From Vulcanimicrobiota bacterium (lineage in GTDB: Bacteria; Vulcanimicrobiota; Vulcanimicrobiia; Vulcanimicrobiales; Vulcanimicrobiaceae), in contig CAWGBN010000006.1 of assembly GCA_963820825.1 (NCBI GenBank), positions 608,001-672,000 on the forward strand: a stretch of 64,000 nt of DNA, given 5' to 3'. The notes under the pieces were generated by a model that was not told the origin of the DNA, did no database searches, and saw nothing but the letters and a program-made list of their open reading frames with translations. Of the stretch, positions 39,869 to 49,415 are shown piece by piece. Positions within the stretch are counted from its first letter, which is position 1, and every line of letters begins with the position of its first letter. The position numbers and the translations under genes were made by a program.

Positions 39869-41094
39869 TGAATCCGGCACCGAGGATCGAACGCCGCCTG
39901 CTCGTCTCGTATTTGCTGGCATTCGCGGCGCTCTTCGTGGCCGCCGCGGTTGCCGCGCACTTTGCTTTCGTCGCGATCATCGAGCATCAGCGGGCCGCGC
40001 GTCTGCAAGACGTCGCACGGGCGGGGATCCGCAGCGTGATCTTCGTTGGGAACGGTCTCGCGATCGACCAACGCGAGATCTCGAATGCGCAGCTGCTGAC
40101 GCCCGGCCAGGGCTTACAGTGGTTCGACCGGCACGGCCGCCTTCTGGCAGCGGAGGGCTTCACGCCGGCGCCAGGCGGCCGGCGCCGATTTCACAGCGTT
40201 ACGTTGCCGATCTTTAACCCGATCACGCAAGAGTACGTCGGCAGCGTAACGGCAGGGGAACTGAACGCGCAGGAGCGCGCGGCGGTCTGGTATCTCGACT
40301 TGGGGCTGCTCCTCAGCGCGATTCTCGCGTCGCTCGCGAGCGCGGCCGGGGCGCGCGCACTCGCGCGCCGCGCGGTCCAACCGGTCGAACGAAGCCTGCG
40401 GATTCTGCGCGAGTTCACCGACAATGCCGCGCACGAGCTGCGCGGGCCGCTGACCGTTATCGCGACGAGTGCGGATGCCGCGCTGCGCGACAAGCGAGAT
40501 CCCGCGCACGACCGGCAGCGCTTCGAGAGCATCGCCGACGGTGCGAGGCAGATGTCGCGATTGACCAGCGATCTGCTGATGCTCGCCGGTGCCGACCGAT
40601 CGCTCGAACGCGAGCTCTTCCGGGTCGACCTCGAAGCGATCCTCAAAAAGCTCGCGGAAGATTTTCGCGGCGCGTTCGAAGAGGCCGGCGTTGCGTTGGA
40701 GGTCAACCTGGCCGCTCCCGGAGCGCTCTACGGCAATCCGCACCAAATCGAGCGCGTGATTGCCAATCTGCTCGAGAACGCGCTGCGCTACACTCCGCGC
40801 GGAGGCAGCGTATCGATCGAGTTGCGCCGGCACGGGGCCGATCTGCAGGTGGTGGTGCGCGATTCCGGCGTCGGAATCGCCCCGGAGCATCTGAAACGGA
40901 TCTTCGAACGTTTCTGGCGGGCCGATCCCGTGCGTTCGCCGGAAGGCTCGGGGCTCGGGCTCCCCATCGCCCGTGCGCTGGCGCGCCGCCACGGCGGCGA
41001 GGTCACGGTCACGAGCCGGATGGGGCGCGGCAGCACCTTCGTCGCGTCGTTTCCGCTGCGTCCTCCGGCGACACGAATTCGCAGCCTGACTTGA
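39865..41094 (+). CDS. Sensor histidine kinase
   Basis: Two TM segments; AHELRGPL, NLLENA, DSGVG and GSGLGL. Confidence 0.92.
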   Translation: MMNPAPRIERRLLVSYLLAFAALFVAAAVAAHFAFVAIIEHQRAARLQDVARAGIRSVIFVGNGLAIDQREISNAQLLTPGQGLQWFDRHGRLLAAEGFTPAPGGRRRFHSVTLPIFNPITQEYVGSVTAGELNAQERAAVWYLDLGLLLSAILASLASAAGARALARRAVQPVERSLRILREFTDNAAHELRGPLTVIATSADAALRDKRDPAHDRQRFESIADGARQMSRLTSDLLMLAGADRSLERELFRVDLEAILKKLAEDFRGAFEEAGVALEVNLAAPGALYGNPHQIERVIANLLENALRYTPRGGSVSIELRRHGADLQVVVRDSGVGIAPEHLKRIFERFWRADPVRSPEGSGLGLPIARALARRHGGEVTVTSRMGRGSTFVASFPLRPPATRIRSLT

Positions 41095-41122
41095 CGATTT
41101 CTTGACGATTTTCGATTACTAT
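41090..41122 (+). promoter_or_regulatory. 11-bp tandem repeat (CTTGACGATTT x2) plus TACTAT -10: OmpR/PhoB-type box candidate
   Basis: Perfect direct repeat at 41090-41100 and 41101-41111; TACTAT at 41117-41122. Confidence 0.55.
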
Positions 41123-41131
41123 TGGGGCCTC

Positions 41132-41377
41132 GTGTCCTCGACATTTGGTTCGTACAAGTATTTTGATTGCCGCGAATTCGATCCTCATGGCGGATGCTCG
41201 TTTCGCACCGCCGGGACGGAGGCTGAGGTCCTCGAGGCGGCAGTCCGGCACGCCGTATCGGCGCACGGCTATCGGGGTTGGCAGGAGCTTCGCCTCGTCC
41301 TACGCGCTGCACTCCGAGACGATTCCGGTACACCGTCCTACGCCTCCGTGGCGAGCCGGTACGAGAGCCTGGTCTAA
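41132..41377 (+). CDS. DUF1059-like small metal-binding protein
   Basis: DCRE...C.F...GTEAEVLEAAVRHAVSAHG. Confidence 0.75.
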   Translation: MSSTFGSYKYFDCREFDPHGGCSFRTAGTEAEVLEAAVRHAVSAHGYRGWQELRLVLRAALRDDSGTPSYASVASRYESLV

Positions 41378-41409
41378 CTAAGCCCAGCCCTCTCGCAGTC
41401 TTCCAACGC

Positions 41410-41450
41410 GCGGGTGTGCCGTCCGGATACGGCGCACCCGCTTCGTTTCT
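41410..41450 (+). terminator. Intrinsic terminator candidate
   Basis: 13-bp stem GCGGGTGTGCCGT/ACGGCGCACCCGC followed by TTCGTTTCT. Confidence 0.6.
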
Positions 41451-41676
41451 AAGCGAATGCGGCCGAGGTTGCCACGGCGCTCGAACAGTTTCCCCCAGAC
41501 ACTGCCACCTCGCCACGCTCGGCATCCCCGACCGCATATCCAACCTAGCGCCAACGCATGAAGAAATCATGAAAGGGCGGCCCCCCAGGGCGGCGGTCGC
41601 TTGCAGTTAAATTTGTGAGGTCCGGCGAACCGTGTAAGCTTCCTACGATCCAAATTTTCCAAGGGCAAGGGAAGTC

Positions 41677-42147
41677 ATGAAATCTTCGTTTTCCGGTTTC
41701 GGTGCGGCCGCGTTCGTAGCTGCGCTGACGCTCGGTATTTTGAGTCTTTTCAGCCCATCGGCCGCGCGCGCCGGTGGAACGGTGCTGATCCAGCAGGCCG
41801 ACGGCCGGCGGAACGTCTACGACGACGTCGCGATCAAGGTCATTCACAACGTGCTTTACGTAACGTCGGCGGACGGTCGCGGAACCATCGTGATCAATCG
41901 AGCGGCGTGCTCGTATCAGGGCGAGCTGATGGTCTGCTTACCGACGAGTGCGGCGCTCGTGCAGTCGGGTAAGACGAGCGCGCTCGATTTCAAGTCCGGC
42001 ACGCTCTATGTGAACAGCACCGACGATCCGCTGCCGCTCACGATGTCGACGGCGAAGGTTCAGCCGCACGGCATTATCCTCTCCTTTACGACCAAGCGCG
42101 GCACGTACGTCAACTTGAGCGGCCGTATCGACAAGGTGGTGAAATAA
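41677..42147 (+). CDS. Secreted hypothetical protein
   Basis: Signal peptide, beta-rich body and a Cys pair. Confidence 0.7.
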   Translation: MKSSFSGFGAAAFVAALTLGILSLFSPSAARAGGTVLIQQADGRRNVYDDVAIKVIHNVLYVTSADGRGTIVINRAACSYQGELMVCLPTSAALVQSGKTSALDFKSGTLYVNSTDDPLPLTMSTAKVQPHGIILSFTTKRGTYVNLSGRIDKVVK

Positions 42148-42148
42148 G

Positions 42149-43018
42149 ATGAAACCTCTCTGTTTGATCATGGCGGTTCTTTTTGCGCTCTCGCCGGCGA
42201 TCGCGTCGGCGGGGAGGGGCGGTGGCGGCGGCGGACGCGGCGGCGGCGGCGGCGCTCGCGCGGGTGGCGGTGCACGACCTTCGGGCGGCGGCGCTCGGCC
42301 ATCGGGCGGCTCGCGTCCGTCGGGCGGCTCGCGACCATCAAGTGGCGCCCGCCCATCGGGCGGCGGCGGTTTCAACCTGGGCGGAGACACGGGCCGGCCC
42401 TCGGGCGGGGGCAATCGCGGCAACGTAAGTTCCGGCGCGGGTAATCGCGGTAACGGCAACGCCGGCAACGGTAATCGCGGTAACGGCAACGCCGGCAACG
42501 GCAACCGCGGTAACGGCAACGCCGGCAACGGCAATCGCGGTAACGGCAACAAGAACAACGGCAACAAGAACAACGGCAACAAGAACAACGGCAATTTCAA
42601 CAATAACAACGTCAATCGCAACACCAACATCAATAACAATCGGACCGTCATCAACAACCCGGTCAACTACGGGGGCGGAGCCTATGGTTGGAACCACGGT
42701 GCGGCCTGGTATCCCGCGAGCGGGTACTGGGGCGGCGGATTCTGGGGCGCGATGGCAGTCGGCGTTACCTCAGCTGCCGTCTACGGGTCGATCGTCGGTG
42801 CAAACAACACCACCTACAACTCCTACCAAGTACAGCCGAGCAGTCCCGGTTCCACCTTCCTGTCTAACTATCAACTCGTGCAGGTGCAGTGCGGACCGCC
42901 GAACCTGGTCGTCGTCTATGGTCCCGAGAACAGCGTGATCTGTGCGAATCCGAACAATCTCGTCTCGGCGGGCAACTACACGTTGAATACCGAGACGCTC
43001 GGGCTGACGCCGCAGTAA
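42149..43018 (+). CDS. Secreted Gly/Asn-rich low-complexity repeat protein
   Basis: Signal peptide, RPSGG and GNRGNGNAGN repeats, small Cys-containing C-terminal domain. Confidence 0.8.
   Translation: MKPLCLIMAVLFALSPAIASAGRGGGGGGRGGGGGARAGGGARPSGGGARPSGGSRPSGGSRPSSGARPSGGGGFNLGGDTGRPSGGGNRGNVSSGAGNRGNGNAGNGNRGNGNAGNGNRGNGNAGNGNRGNGNKNNGNKNNGNKNNGNFNNNNVNRNTNINNNRTVINNPVNYGGGAYGWNHGAAWYPASGYWGGGFWGAMAVGVTSAAVYGSIVGANNTTYNSYQVQPSSPGSTFLSNYQLVQVQCGPPNLVVVYGPENSVICANPNNLVSAGNYTLNTETLGLTPQ
42440..42595 (+). repeat. Coding tandem repeats (30-bp unit x~3.7, then 15-bp unit x3)
   Basis: Units GGTAATCGCGGTAACGGCAACGCCGGCAAC and AAGAACAACGGCAAC. Confidence 0.9.
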
Positions 43019-43087
43019 CGGTCCGAACTCTTCAGCGGCGCTTCGCTCTCGGTCGTACACCGCAGGGCGCGGCGCCGCTCCTCTTCG

Positions 43088-44653
43088 GTGATGGCGCGTA
43101 GTCCGGCGAGTTCGTTCGCGCAGCGCGTGCAGCGCAGTGAGTTTTTGGGCGGCCTCGTCTCTTCGTTGACGCTGGCGGGCTGTGCGCGCTCCGCCGTTCC
43201 AACCATCGTGCCCGCGGCGACCGTTGCGGGCAATCGCGCCGGCAAACCTCGGGTTGTTATCGTCGGCGCCGGAGCGGCCGGCGTCACCTGCGCCTACCGA
43301 CTGTATCAGGCGGGGATTGCCGCCCGCATCTTCGAGGCGAACACCCGGGCCGGCGGCCGTACCTGGACGCTGCGGGGATTCTTTCGCGACGGGCAGTACG
43401 GCGAGCACGGCGGTCAGCTCATCGCTACGTCGCAGCATCGCGTGCGGCGGCTCGCCGCCGAGCTCGAGCTGCGCCTCATCGACCTCAACGCGCTCTATCC
43501 ACGCAACGCGGTCGACACGTACTTCATCCACGGTCAGCGCTACACGCACGACGAAGCGGCGCACGACTACGACCGCTACGTTTACGAGCCGCTCAACCGC
43601 GCCGCAAAGGCGGCCGGCTATCCGACGACGTTTTACCGTCACACTCGGGCCGGAGTCGCCCTCGACCGGATGAACGTCGACGAGTGGATAGAACAAAACG
43701 TGGAAGGCGGCGCCGGCTCGAAGATCGGCAAGCTCTTGCTCTTGGCCTGCGTGAGCGAGTATGGCGGCGAATCGCACGCTCAAAGCGCGCTCAATCTCAT
43801 CTATTTGTTCTCCGGGATGCGCCATGGCCGGCTCGACCTCTCGGGTGCCGGCGAGGATGACAAGTATACGATCGATGGCGGCAACGACCGGCTCGTTGCG
43901 CGAATGGTTGCGAAACTTCCGCGCGGGTCGGTGACGCTCGGTGCCGCACTCGAAGCGCTCGCGCGTACCTCCGACGGCTCGTATCTCTGCACGTTCGCCT
44001 CCGGCACGACGACCAAGACCGTTCGCGCCGACGTCGTGGTCCTTGCGATTCCGTTCACCGTCTTGCGGCAGGTAGACTCACGCGCGGCCGGATTCTCGGA
44101 TCGTAAGCGCCGCGCGATCGCCGCGCTCGATCTCGGTTCGAATGCAAAGGTTCACCTGCAATTCACCTCACCGTATTGGTTCAAAGAGCATTTCAGCGCA
44201 ACGGCATACGCCGACGACCTCTACCAAGACTGTTGGGACGCGAGCATCGGGCAGCGCGGGCGGGCGGGAATGCTCGTCTGTTTTCCGGGCGGTGCGGAGG
44301 GCATGCGATATACCGGCGACGCGCACGGCGCCGCGCCCAGCCACACTGCGCAGCGCTATCTGCGATCCCTCGAGCCGTCGCTGCCGGGGGCGTTACGAGC
44401 CTTCAACGGTATCGCCTACCAAGATTTTTGGATCGGCGATCCGTTTACGCGCGGCGCGTACGCTTACTACAAAACCGGTCAATACTCGACGCTCTGCGGC
44501 GTGGAGCGCCTCGCCGAAGGAGGCGTCCACTTTTGCGGCGAGCAGACCTCGCTCGAGTGGCAGGGTTACATCAACGGCGCCGTCGAGAGCGGCGAGCGCG
44601 CCGCGCACGAGATCTTGCGCGACATCGGCCTGCCGGCGCGCCTCGAGATTTAG
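43088..44653 (+). CDS. Flavin monoamine oxidase family protein (Tat-like lipoprotein)
   Basis: VGAGAAG, EA..RAGGR and CGEQTS..QGYINGAVESG. Confidence 0.88.
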   Translation: MMARSPASSFAQRVQRSEFLGGLVSSLTLAGCARSAVPTIVPAATVAGNRAGKPRVVIVGAGAAGVTCAYRLYQAGIAARIFEANTRAGGRTWTLRGFFRDGQYGEHGGQLIATSQHRVRRLAAELELRLIDLNALYPRNAVDTYFIHGQRYTHDEAAHDYDRYVYEPLNRAAKAAGYPTTFYRHTRAGVALDRMNVDEWIEQNVEGGAGSKIGKLLLLACVSEYGGESHAQSALNLIYLFSGMRHGRLDLSGAGEDDKYTIDGGNDRLVARMVAKLPRGSVTLGAALEALARTSDGSYLCTFASGTTTKTVRADVVVLAIPFTVLRQVDSRAAGFSDRKRRAIAALDLGSNAKVHLQFTSPYWFKEHFSATAYADDLYQDCWDASIGQRGRAGMLVCFPGGAEGMRYTGDAHGAAPSHTAQRYLRSLEPSLPGALRAFNGIAYQDFWIGDPFTRGAYAYYKTGQYSTLCGVERLAEGGVHFCGEQTSLEWQGYINGAVESGERAAHEILRDIGLPARLEI

Positions 44654-47600
44654 GCGGGAAGCTCCGAGCGGGTCTGGATCGTATGGGCGTGTTGCTCGAA
44701 CGAACAGAGCAGGTTCGCCAACGCCATCTCTTCTTTCGTGCGGCAGCGGATGTCGAGCAGGCGCGGGCTGCACACGAGCACGGTCGCGGCTCGTGCGCGC
44801 GAAATCGCAACGTTGAATCGATTGCGTTCGAAGAGGAATTCGACGTTACGAGGTACGTCCTCTCCGCTCGACGTCGCCATCGAGTAGAAGACGATCGCCG
44901 CCTCCTGCCCCTGGAATTTGTCGACCGTTCCGACCCGTACGCCCGTTTCCGAGTCGACCTCGATACCGGCGTCGACGAGCTTGGCCGCAATCAGTTTGCG
45001 CTGGGCGTTATACGGCGTGACGACCACGATATCGCGTGCGGTCAGCTTGCGGGAGATGCCGGCGAGGACCGGAGGCTGCGAATCGACGACACAGCCTTCG
45101 GCAATTAACGGCAGAATCAGCCGGACGACTTCATTCGCCTCCTCGAGCGAAGAGGCTCCGTTGCCGCTATGCTCGACTCCCACGAAATAGAGCCCGGCAA
45201 GCTCTCGTGCGCCGGCCGCTACGCAGTGGATTGCGGTGGCCGGTGCGGCGTGGAGCCGGTTCTCGTACGTCGCATCGGAGACAAACGCGCAGATCTCGGG
45301 CTGCATGCGGTAGGAGACGTCGAGAAAGATCCCACGGCTGGGCCGAACCGTGCGATCCTCGCCGAGCAGATGTTCGAGAATGGAACTCTCGGCGCGCGGC
45401 GGATGCGTGCCCTGACTGACCTGTGCGAGTTGCGAGGGGTCGCCGAGCAGCACGACGTTCTTCGCGCATAACGAGTTCGCCAACGCGTCGGCAAGCGCGA
45501 CCTGTCCGGCTTCATCGATGAAGAGATAGTCGAAAGCCCCCTCGAGCTCTTCACGCGCGCAGAGCCATCCAGTTCCCCCCGCGAGTTGGTAATCGGGAGC
45601 GGCGAAGGGGTTATTTGAGTCGACCGACGTTATGAACGGTCTCTCGAGCGGCGACAGATACTTCGATCCTGGATTGCTCGACGTGTGCTTGTACAGACCG
45701 CGGAACGTTCCGCCGCGTTCGAGCATGCAGCGCTCCACGCACTGTAACAAATTGTGGATGGCTTTGTGACTGGTGCTCGTAACGGCGACACGCTTGCCGG
45801 CCAAGAGCAGGTCGCAAATTACTTGAGAGCCGATCGTCGTCTTGCCGGTCCCCGGCGGCCCTTGAATGAACGCGTAACTGTTATTTAGCGCGCCGACCAC
45901 GGCCGAGACCGATGCGGCGCTCACGGTGGCAGGCTGACATCCCTCCGTCGCCGGCGGTGTCGAGGTAAGGCGAGGGTCGCGACCGGTGAGCAGATCGTCG
46001 GTCGCCGGATGATCCTGCGCGAGTCTGCCGGCAACGAACGAGGCGGCGATTCGCTCGAGGGCGTCGCGCTGCACGTGGGAGAGAAACGGCTTGTCCGGAA
46101 TGAGTTCGTGAACGTCTTGCGCGGCGTCGAGCGCGAGCGACGTCTTGAGCCCCAACAGATTGGCATCCGTATCGAGCGAAACGATCGTTCCCGCTCTGGA
46201 TTTCGTACGCGGGTTGACGACGGCATCGCCCACCCCGAGCGCATAGCGCTGTTCGGGAAACTCGAACGTGTAGACCGTGCTGCGGGGTCCAGGGTGCGGC
46301 GCGACGTCCTCGCGTAAGCGCAGCCCTCCGATGGCGCCGCGATCGAACTCGGCGAGCCGGTCGACGTTTTCGCAGCGGTCGAAAAAGGCCCACCACGCAG
46401 GTTTATCTTCGCGTCGATGGTAGCCCATGAGTCCGCCGAGCAGGTGATGGACGGGCTGGCTGGGATCGGCGAGCAGCCGCCGCTCGAGGTCGCTGCGCTT
46501 GGCTTCCTCGCGCTCGTCTTTGCGGCGCTTTTCGCAATCGGCGCAGCCTTCCATAAACTCGGGATGGCAGCGCGCTTCGGGAAGCTTGACGGGCCGCAGC
46601 GGAAGCGCTCGATCGAACTCGCGCTCGGCTTCAACCCGGCGCGCGAGCAGCCACTCGCGTAGCAGAAACGTCGAGCGGCAGTCGTCGGAGTTATAGCGCT
46701 CGATATCGTCGAGTATCCGCTGGTCGCGTTCGACGAGCCAGCGTTCGAACATAACGATCGATTGATCGCCCTTCTTGACCTCGGTTTCACGAGTGAGATC
46801 GTAGAAGCACTCGAGATTTTTAAGACCGTAGCGCTCCTCCGAAATCGCAAGCGTCTGCCGGACCACCGCGAAGAGATCGACGAGCACCTCGCCGCGAAGG
46901 AGATCGTCGACTTCGTTCTCGCGCGTGCAGTGCCGTTGTGCCAGGCGGCGCAGTGCCTCCTTTTCATAGGCGGCATAGTGGAAGACGTGAAGATCGGGAT
47001 AGCGACGGCGCCGATCGACGATGAAGTCGATGAACGCTTCAAACGCACGCTTCTCTTCCTCGCGATCCAATGCCCAGAACGAACGAAAGGGCGGATCCTC
47101 GTCCGGCATCCAACAGCCGAAGAGGTACTCCAACGCCCGCCCCGGTTCGTACAGCGGATCGCCCTCCATGTCGAAGAAGATATCGCCCTTCGCAGGCTCC
47201 GGAAGCAGCGTAAAGCCGAGCGGTGGCACGTGCTCGAGTAATTGATAGACCGGCCGCCCGCTTTTGCGCCCTTGTACTTGAAGTGAGGCTTGCCGCCGAA
47301 GCGTCTCGTAGGTCTGCGGATTCATGCCGGCAGGTCGTTGCGTCTCCGAAGCCGAGGCGAGCTCCGCAACGCGGGCGATGCCGCTCGACTCCAGCTTGGC
47401 GATCTGATCGCGTCGTATCCGAGCGACGATGCTCAAGTGGTCGTCGCGGCGCCGTCGTCCCTCGCAGTCGGCGTCCCACGGGCAGATCGCGCAGTGCTTG
47501 ACTTTGAAGGGATACTCGCGCGGTTCCGCGCCTTCGGCCGAGACGGCTTCGTCGGAAAACTCTACGAACCGGCGTTTGAGCCGAAGGTAATAGGCCATGT

Positions 47601-48162
47601 AATCGTGCAGCCGGAACGCCTCTTCCTCACCGTCGCCGAAGACGACGTGGCCGAATTTCGGCGGCGTTTGCTGTAGGCGTTCGAGGTGTTCGCTATAACT
47701 GCAGAGCTGAACGAGGTAGTATGGACGGGCCGAGAGCCCAAGCTTCGTGTCGATGACCTCATAGCTATAGTTGCCGAGGTTTGACGGCTCGTCGACCCGC
47801 CGCAGAAAATCGGCGTGGCCGAGGAAACTGCCGTCAAAAAGCGTCGCCTGATAAATGATCTGCGCCCCGCCGCGCATCGCTTCGAGCGTGGCGTTTTCAG
47901 CTCGCCGGTACGACTCGACGCCGGTTTTGGGACGGGTGAACTCGACGACCGCGCCGGGATAGAGCGATCGCATCCGCTCCAAGTAGGCGCGTTCGTGTTC
48001 CTCACCTTTTCGCCGTAAGAGATCGGCTTGCGGATCGTCGATGCTCGGGCGCTCGAGCCGCCCTTGCGCGACGAGCGTCTCGAGGTCGGTCAGGCGTTTG
48101 CACTCGAGATAGTCGTTGAGGTCGCTCGCGGAGTAAATGAGCTGCCCGTCAAGCCGCTGCAT
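44650..48162 (-). CDS. TM0106-family RecB-like nuclease / RNase H-like / SF1 helicase
   Basis: SASDL, GHADFL, DTKL, FFDMEGDP, QGPPGTGKT, IDEAGQ and GTVDKFQGQE. Confidence 0.92.
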   Translation of the reverse strand: MQRLDGQLIYSASDLNDYLECKRLTDLETLVAQGRLERPSIDDPQADLLRRKGEEHERAYLERMRSLYPGAVVEFTRPKTGVESYRRAENATLEAMRGGAQIIYQATLFDGSFLGHADFLRRVDEPSNLGNYSYEVIDTKLGLSARPYYLVQLCSYSEHLERLQQTPPKFGHVVFGDGEEEAFRLHDYMAYYLRLKRRFVEFSDEAVSAEGAEPREYPFKVKHCAICPWDADCEGRRRRDDHLSIVARIRRDQIAKLESSGIARVAELASASETQRPAGMNPQTYETLRRQASLQVQGRKSGRPVYQLLEHVPPLGFTLLPEPAKGDIFFDMEGDPLYEPGRALEYLFGCWMPDEDPPFRSFWALDREEEKRAFEAFIDFIVDRRRRYPDLHVFHYAAYEKEALRRLAQRHCTRENEVDDLLRGEVLVDLFAVVRQTLAISEERYGLKNLECFYDLTRETEVKKGDQSIVMFERWLVERDQRILDDIERYNSDDCRSTFLLREWLLARRVEAEREFDRALPLRPVKLPEARCHPEFMEGCADCEKRRKDEREEAKRSDLERRLLADPSQPVHHLLGGLMGYHRREDKPAWWAFFDRCENVDRLAEFDRGAIGGLRLREDVAPHPGPRSTVYTFEFPEQRYALGVGDAVVNPRTKSRAGTIVSLDTDANLLGLKTSLALDAAQDVHELIPDKPFLSHVQRDALERIAASFVAGRLAQDHPATDDLLTGRDPRLTSTPPATEGCQPATVSAASVSAVVGALNNSYAFIQGPPGTGKTTIGSQVICDLLLAGKRVAVTSTSHKAIHNLLQCVERCMLERGGTFRGLYKHTSSNPGSKYLSPLERPFITSVDSNNPFAAPDYQLAGGTGWLCAREELEGAFDYLFIDEAGQVALADALANSLCAKNVVLLGDPSQLAQVSQGTHPPRAESSILEHLLGEDRTVRPSRGIFLDVSYRMQPEICAFVSDATYENRLHAAPATAIHCVAAGARELAGLYFVGVEHSGNGASSLEEANEVVRLILPLIAEGCVVDSQPPVLAGISRKLTARDIVVVTPYNAQRKLIAAKLVDAGIEVDSETGVRVGTVDKFQGQEAAIVFYSMATSSGEDVPRNVEFLFERNRFNVAISRARAATVLVCSPRLLDIRCRTKEEMALANLLCSFEQHAHTIQTRSELPA

Positions 48163-48248
48163 CGGTCACCATGGACCTATCATGCTCGTCCACAGTGCCA
48201 TACGCCTGGCAGTCTGCCGGCGCTACTCCGGCCTTTTGGTCGAGGTTC

Positions 48249-49256
48249 TTACGTTCCGGCGGACCGGCGCACTCCGCTCGACGACGGCGTGGCCATGAAG
48301 CCGTGCGTGGTGCCGTAGGCGTCGATATAGTAGCCGACGAGAGCCTTGTGAATGTTCACGCTGGTGACGACCGTCGTGCCGGCAGCGTTGGGATCGTCGA
48401 TCTCTTCCCACGTGGTGCCGCGCTTCCAGAGGGGCGACACCAGCAAGAACCCGTGCGTATTGTCGCTCTGATCCTTGAAGGAGCCGACGATGTAATCGTG
48501 GGCGGTTACGCCGAGGAACTGCGTGCTGACGCTGCCCGGGTACGAGAAGTTGGTATAGGTGCCGTTCTTGCGCAAGAAACCGACGGTCGTCCCCGAGACG
48601 TCCATATACCCGACGACGTCGCCCGTGCCGTTGATGCCGGTCGCGACGATCTTGTCGCCTTGCGGCGGGACGATCGGATCGTACTTATCGAGCGCGACGT
48701 TGAGCTCGAAGGAGCCGCTTCCCGACGGAGACTTGTAATAGCCGACGGCCGTTCCGTCGTCGTTGATGCCCAGGATTTGGGTGATCGTTCCCTTGCCGCG
48801 CGCGTGCGGCTCCTGGTAGGTCCACCAAATGCCGTTGACCAGCAAGAATCCATACGTCTTGCCGCCCGAGGAGACGTAGTAACCGGCGATCATCTTCGTA
48901 TTATTCAGACACGTGGGAATCGTATCGTGCGCCTTGGGATAGACGACGGACTGATAGTTTACGCCGTTGTAGGGCGGGATCGCGTTGTAGCCTTCGCTCG
49001 GGTCGCTCGCCACGCCGCTGCCATAGTAGCCGACGATGTGGCCTTCGTTGTTAATTCCGAGCAAGCGGTTGACGGTTGAATAGGCGCTGGGATCGTCCAG
49101 CGTCGTAAAGTTATAAGAGACCGTCGAATCGGGGACGGCACCGGCTCCTCGCTCCGCTTGGGGAAGGACCGATCCTGTGGAAGAGGCCGTGCCGCTGCAG
49201 GCGGTCAGGGCGGCCAAAGCGCAAAGCGCAAGCGACTGACGATAGAAAGCCCTCAT
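48249..49256 (-). CDS. Secreted HAF-like repeat lipoprotein
   Basis: LTAC lipobox; repeated GINxxG.IVGYY...HGF units. Confidence 0.75.
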   Translation of the reverse strand: MRAFYRQSLALCALAALTACSGTASSTGSVLPQAERGAGAVPDSTVSYNFTTLDDPSAYSTVNRLLGINNEGHIVGYYGSGVASDPSEGYNAIPPYNGVNYQSVVYPKAHDTIPTCLNNTKMIAGYYVSSGGKTYGFLLVNGIWWTYQEPHARGKGTITQILGINDDGTAVGYYKSPSGSGSFELNVALDKYDPIVPPQGDKIVATGINGTGDVVGYMDVSGTTVGFLRKNGTYTNFSYPGSVSTQFLGVTAHDYIVGSFKDQSDNTHGFLLVSPLWKRGTTWEEIDDPNAAGTTVVTSVNIHKALVGYYIDAYGTTHGFMATPSSSGVRRSAGT

Positions 49257-49349
49257 CGCGAACGATTATGCCATGAAAAGCGTGCGTTAACGCGTGAACG
49301 AAAGCGCCACGCTCGATTAAAAAAAAGCGCGTTAACGACGACGCAACGC

Positions 49350-49401
49350 TTGCAATCCTACCGCCTTTGTGGTACAAAGTCTTTGGCTTTGCACTGCAAA
49401 G
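49350..49401 (+). promoter_or_regulatory. Promoter (TTGCAA-17-TACAAA, extended TG) overlapped by two palindromic CTTTG-N5-CAAAG operators
   Basis: CTTTGTGGTACAAAG at 49365-79 and CTTTGCACTGCAAAG at 49387-401. Confidence 0.65.
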
Positions 49402-49415
49402 TAAAAGGGAGGGAG

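Noticed and set aside
41450..41550. SRP RNA, 6S RNA or a known riboswitch
   Set aside because: It lacks the SRP GGAA-loop/AGCAG motif, is too short for 6S and has no recognisable aptamer consensus. Kept only as an unassigned candidate.
42270..42600. CRISPR array or non-coding repeat
   Set aside because: The repeats are contiguous, in frame and lack spacers, so they are coding low-complexity sequence. No array was seen anywhere in the window.
44650..48162. TM0106 nuclease-helicase as part of a new defence system
   Set aside because: It is a widespread stand-alone family with no defence-like partners, repeats or mobility signs adjacent.
49284..49337. Two GCGTTAACG motifs as operators
   Set aside because: They are short with no assignable regulator. 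The longer CTTTG-N5-CAAAG pair is the better-supported site.
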